Shown here: piece by piece, positions 58,610-64,000 of the stretch
Layout of the letters: every line of letters starts with the position of its first letter
Position numbering within the stretch: position 1 is the first letter of the stretch
Source: Chrysomallon squamiferum
Taxonomy: Eukaryota; Animalia; Mollusca
NCBI GenBank assembly: GCA_012295275.1
Contig: CM022667.1
Span: 17,236,001-17,300,000 of the forward strand
Length of the DNA stretch: 64,000 nt
Direction: 5' to 3'
Notes under the pieces: generated by a model
The model's database searches: none
The model's input: the letters and a program-made list of their open reading frames with translations, nothing else
What the model was told of the DNA's origin: nothing
Position numbers and translations under genes: made by a program

Positions 58610-61418
58610 TATGCGCAAGGATACTCTAATCCAGATGTTATGCAGTTGCTGGCAACCCTTTGACTGACATCTAACACCCGATCTATCTGTCATTTATTAT
58701 CGCCTATTGTGAGAATATTCCAACAAATTCAGCGAGGTTACTGCATGCGTGTAGAAACAAATTAAAATGACAACACTCCTACGTTACTCCAAAATTAATT
58801 TATTCTGGTTCTTTATTATTATTTTTTTTTTTTTTCTTTTGTTTCTTTTTTCTTTTTTTTTTTTTTTTTATTTCTTTCTTTTTTTTTTTTTTTTTTTGTA
58901 TTAATTGTAACATAGCATAAAACATTCGATATGCATTTCTAAACCTTAGTGTGACCTGTCAAGATATTTTCTCTTAAATTAAAGGTTGATTTCAATCGTT
59001 TCACAATTATTTATTTATTTTATTTTATTTTATTTCATGTTTGCTGCTAGTTGTCTTTGACACTTCGGACTGTTATAGACGGTTTGTTACTATCCAAATG
59101 TATCATACTTACATTCTTAAAGTTGACTGTTAAGACCACTTGCAACTGTATTTCAGTCTTTTATTTCATCTCTGAATAAATAATATATGTTGGATATAAA
59201 AAGGAATATACAAAGTTATTAAGTTGATCTGAATTAAGCTGAAACACACAGTTAATTCCCTGAATAGTTTACACTTTTCCTTAGTACCGAAATATTTAAT
59301 CCAAGGATGTAAATCTAACGACAGAATCTAAAGAGAAATTATATATATGAACTTCACAGTAGCAGTGTAACTTTTCGCAAAAATGCAAATATTTGGGAGA
59401 TAACTCCTGCTCCCTTGTTAAAATTACTGTCCACGACTAAAAGAGAGCTGTCATATTTCCTGTTGACGCTACTCATGCTGTGTCGCTTTGGTAGGTCTGG
59501 AACGATTTTCCATTATTTTGTATCCGTCGAGTGGCAGTTCTCCTTAGAGCATAAATTTTATATCGTCTCAATCTGAACGCTGTAAGAAATATTGTAGTAA
59601 ATGATAGAATGCAGTCTTTTGTTGACATATTTTTTAATAGTTGTACATATGGTACAACTGGTCTGATACAATCCAGGAATCATCCTGTACTTGTAAAATT
59701 TGTTCATGGCAATAACATTATTTACGGCCATTGTATATGTGACTTTAGTTTTATACATTAAACAGAGCAAACTGATATTTAACACTGAATAGCTGAATTT
59801 ATTTTAATTTGAGATTGTTACATACATCTTCATCAGACTGCGAATAGTCGATGCTACTTTTCAATACTTCAGTAACATGCTAATCAGGACAAGATTATTA
59901 TTTTTGATCAAAACAACAGAATCGTTGTATTTATTCCGAACATATTTAAAAATTCCGGTACACGGTAAATCATAAAAACGAGGAAAACAAAACCTTTAAT
60001 GTTTTATTTATTTATTTATTTATTTATTTATATATATAATTATTGTTATTGGGGTTTTTTCCGTGACAAAAACATAAAGAAATAAATAAAATACAAAACT
60101 AGCAATAATAAACTGGCGTACAACTATTATTTCCGTCGTCGTTGGGTGGCAGTCCTCCTCTCTCATATGTACAGACCCAGAATTTCTTGTTGTTATTAAA
60201 TGATCTAAGGCTATTTCTGAGTCATCCGTCAAGGAATTTGTATCTTAATCTAGACAATTATTTCATACAGAAATAATCAAATAACCAGTTTTTTGAGTCA
60301 AATTCGGTATAAAAAACTGAAAGAATAATGTTATTTTGTTTCCGATGTACTGAACAGTACTGTTATTCAGGTTGATATAGTCTGCACGCGAAATATTCCT
60401 GTTTCTTTGATCCTTTCTTTCGCTGATATTTTGTTTATTTTCTTTTACATTTTTAAATACATGTGGCTCTTTCACCTGAATAACCGAGTTGGTTGGTAAA
60501 TTGTAATAAATTTATTAATATATAATAATATATATTTTATTTATAATTTTCTAATTAAATTAAATAAAATTACAAAAATATTTAAGAAAAGAAAAAAAAC
60601 CTACTAAAATAAAAAAGTTAATAGTCATCGTACATACAGCGACTAATTTATAAAAAGTTAAGGATTAAAGAAAAGAAGAAGAAAATAAACAAGAAAGAAA
60701 CTTTAAAAGTTTTAATGAATTCTTTTTTTAAATGTTTTTTTATTTTTATTTTTATTTATTTTTTTTTTATTTTTATTATTTATTTCACTCCTGAAAACAT
60801 ATAAATATATATATGGTAGAATAATTCCGTTTGATATGACCAACTGTAACAAATATCCAGTATATATCTGAATTGCCAAATGTTTAGAAAACAACAAAAC
60901 CTAATAGAAATTTATTAATTTTATTTTATTTTATTTTTTTTAAATACTAATTTAGTACCTTTTCGAGAACGGAGTTATAATAACATAAGAGTTGTACAAA
61001 ACATTCTCCTCTAGGAATAGATCAACAGTTGTTTTTTGTTTTTGTTTTTTGCATGTCTCTGAACAAATAGCCTAGAAGTATTTTACATTTTACATCATGT
61101 TTGATATTGTTAGCTTTCTTGCTAATCCGGCTGACGTGGAGGCGTAATCGAGTAAACAACAATCACTGACTCAAGTAAAACGCTCCACTTTTAAACAGGA
61201 GGATAAAATGTGATTTTGTGAATTCAACGATTTCAGTCGTCTTTGTAATTACAAAGCTCTGTTAACTGTCATAATACTTAAAACTGGAAAATTAGGAAAT
61301 TACAGTTGAACCTCAGTCTTCGAGTACAAGTTCAAGGAATGTTAATGTTTTATGTTATTTTTGTTTGTTCTTTTTCTTTCTTTTTTTTTTTTTTTTTTTT
61401 TTTCTTTTTTTTTTTTTT

Positions 61419-61465
61419 TTTAACGACACCCCAGCACAAAAAATAAAGTTGGCTATTGGGTGTCA
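61419..61465 (-). mobile_element. SINE/LINE 3'-tail fragment of the same family
   Basis: tttaacgacaccccagcacaaaaaataaagttggctattgggtgtca, next to a long poly(T) run that is poly(A) on the element strand. Confidence 0.6.
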
Positions 61466-61745
61466 TTCAAGTGTAAAAATAAATAAATTAATAAATAAAT
61501 AAATAAAGCATTTATTCTATACAAGCAACAAAATAAAGATCAAAATAGCATTGATAAAGATTGACAGATGACAGTAACAAATTACTTTTATTAATTTTTA
61601 GATTTAGTTTTTGTTATTTTGTATTAATTATGTACGTGTGTGATATTTATTTTAATTCAGTTTCTATTCTGTATAATAAAACTACAAAACTGCCGTTCCT
61701 TCCGTGAAATACATACATACATACATACATATATACATACATACA

Positions 61746-61781
<36 letters not shown>

Positions 61782-61852
61782 TATATGTCGTGGGGCAACA
61801 CGACAGTTACGACATTAAGACTTATTTCTCATAAAAATGGATCTGTAGAGAT

Positions 61853-62126
61853 GGGGTACGGAAAAAATAGCACTGTACATTGTAAAACAAAACCAAGTGG
61901 CTGAGTGATGCTCTATATTAAAATACACGTATGTAACAATACTGCATGAATAAACTGTATTTTCAAAAATACTTTTAAAGAGTTTTTTAAAGTAACTATG
62001 CAGAAAAAATAAATAAGGTGCCATTTTTTCCAAATCTGCACAGTGCCATTTTATTTCTGGATGCCATTTTTTCCGATGCCATTATTTCCTGTGCCATTTT
62101 TTGCAGTGCCAATGTTTCCTACAACA
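61853..62126. mobile_element. Non-autonomous DNA transposon (MITE), 274 bp, with TSD GTAGAGAT
   Basis: GTAGAGAT at 61845-61852 and 62127-62134. Imperfect TIRs (ggtacggaaaaaatagcac vs gtgccaatgtttcctacaac). Subterminal ~15-bp repeats of the form (g/a)tgccattttttcc. Confidence 0.75.
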
Positions 62127-63548
62127 GTAGAGATAATGTTCAAAATAATCTTCGTTATTTTATTTTAATTTTTTTCACATTTTATAACCACACGTAAATA
62201 AAGCAGGCAATTGTGATATAACATTAATACCATGTACAGCATTTTTATTTTTATATCCCTTTTTTATTTCACTTTTTTCTTCGTTTCTTTTTTTTTTTTT
62301 TTTTTTGGCTGAGATATAAAAAAAGAATATTAAAAGAAAAATATCACCCTAACAGGTGATCCCCCAGTACTAACAAAAAAGATAGATATTTTCGATGAAA
62401 GACCGTGAAAATTATATTGGCGTTCTGACAAATTGTTACATGCAGTTTTAATGTTTACACGACTTCAAAGTTGGGCTGTTTGACGGGTAAATGAGGAGGG
62501 TACACCTCTTTCATTGGCGATATTATTTGCTTTTATCTACAGTACCACTCTTCAAATTAGCCATAACCTCTTTATCGTCGCATTTAGTGAGGAAACTGAA
62601 CCGATTTGAAGAAAATACAGGGGTTATTAGAGCCATCTTTAAAGCCAGTGCAGCCGCGTTAAAATGAATCGTTCGTATAAACGGGACCACGGGTAAGGAA
62701 TATATTTCTTTGAAGTCTCCGCACGCGCAGTGAAATAGTTGCACCTTGCGCGAGGCGTTCAGCCCCTCGCGAGATCTGCACGTGAGGTCAAAGGGTAATA
62801 AACATCGTGAAAGCCCAGAAAGGTAGTTGAAATTAAGCAGATGCAACAGGCGAAAATTAGAGCCGTGTTCTGGTAAACAGTTTGAACACCAGGGAAGTGA
62901 CGGCAAAAATAAACGTGTGACCATTTTAGTCTTCAGGCCAGACTGACTTTGGGCTGGGGCATTAACGTTTGAATAGTGTTTATAATTATTAAGTAGTCTG
63001 TCAGATTATGTTTATGCCGAAATATATTGCAATATTTAATGTTTTAATAGCTCCACACATTTTTTATTACCTAATTTAAAGTCATAAATAAATAATAAAA
63101 ATAAATAATTGTCATTTTTCTGAAATTAGGCTATTAGTGTGATTTGTCACATTATCGATACAACTTGCGCTGAAACTGGGAAGTCAGACGTCAGTCAGTA
63201 ACTGTGTGATTATATTATTCATTTTCTACTGGAAGGCGCATAGAAAACAACCCTTAAAAAACTGAGAAATGGTTACAGCATTACAGCAGCGGGTTTTCTC
63301 TTTCCGCAGTAAGACTTAATCGCGACTTATATGGAGAATCTGAGCACAACGTCAATAGTCAAAAAATGTCAACCGTTGAGGAAACTTGATGAACGTAGTC
63401 ATAAATAATAAGAACCGTCTTCAAAGAGTTATATTTCTAATCTCTTAAAGACATAACAGTAAATATTCTGCTATTGTGAGGAGTGGATACATAGACTGTA
63501 TTTTACAGGGGCTGTCATTCAGTCACGGAAATAACCTGTATTTCTAAT

Positions 63549-63750
63549 GGGTGTAGGAAATTATGGCACTCGAAGAAAATGGCACCCAGAAGATATGGCA
63601 TGTTTCAAATTTGGAAAAAATGGTACCCTCTTTATTTTTTCTGTGTAGATGCTTAAATAAAAAAAAAAATTAAAATTAAAATTACTTTTGAAAATAGAAT
63701 TTATTCATGCAGTATTACTACATACATGGCACTGTGCAGATTTGGAAAAA
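63549..63750 (-). mobile_element. Second, partial and inverted copy of the same MITE family
   Basis: Reverse complement aligns to 61930-62125 (atactgcatgaataaa...ttttcaaaa...cagaaaaaataaa...ccattttttccaaat...gtgcca.aatttcctaca). Confidence 0.75.
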
Positions 63751-64000
63751 TTTTTAATTGTTTATTGACATTTAGTTATTGGTAGTAGTTAAAGTCCTGT
63801 TTACAGTGCATGAATAATATCTGAGATAATGATTTAATGTCAGATGTTCATAATTAAATAGTCAAAACAAAATGTAAACCAAAACCAACCCCCATATATA
63901 TATAAATGTGTGTATATATATATATATATACACACACACACATTTATAGAGGCATATGTGTGTGTGTGTGAATGTATATATATATATATATATTTACGTA

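Noticed and set aside
62523-62924. 133-aa ORF between the two MITE copies as a transposase
   Set aside because: No DDE or zinc-finger motif, too short, and a non-ATG start.

Overview
AT-rich, microsatellite-dense eukaryotic DNA from an invertebrate, probably a mollusc (inferred only from the repeat types). I cannot identify a host protein-coding gene; nearly all ORFs in the track are microsatellite artefacts. Well-supported content: (1) five intact tRNA-Thr(UGU) genes between 6.7 and 33.1 kb, comprising four sequence variants with unrelated flanks; (2) four decayed I/Nimb-type LINE copies at 48-58 kb with a gag-like CCHC ORF1 and an AP-endonuclease ORF2; (3) a 274-bp MITE with an 8-bp target-site duplication plus an inverted partial copy at 62-64 kb; (4) short SINE/LINE-tail fragments and several local duplications. 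The first ~46 kb lacks recognisable transposons. It alternates simple repeats with CpG-containing unique blocks that are rich in CACGTG E-boxes (23 counted in 47 kb) and also carry CRE, NF-kB and ISRE-like motifs, which suggests a large cis-regulatory domain or intron, possibly with a spliced non-coding transcript. No novel system is demonstrated; the findings are hypotheses.
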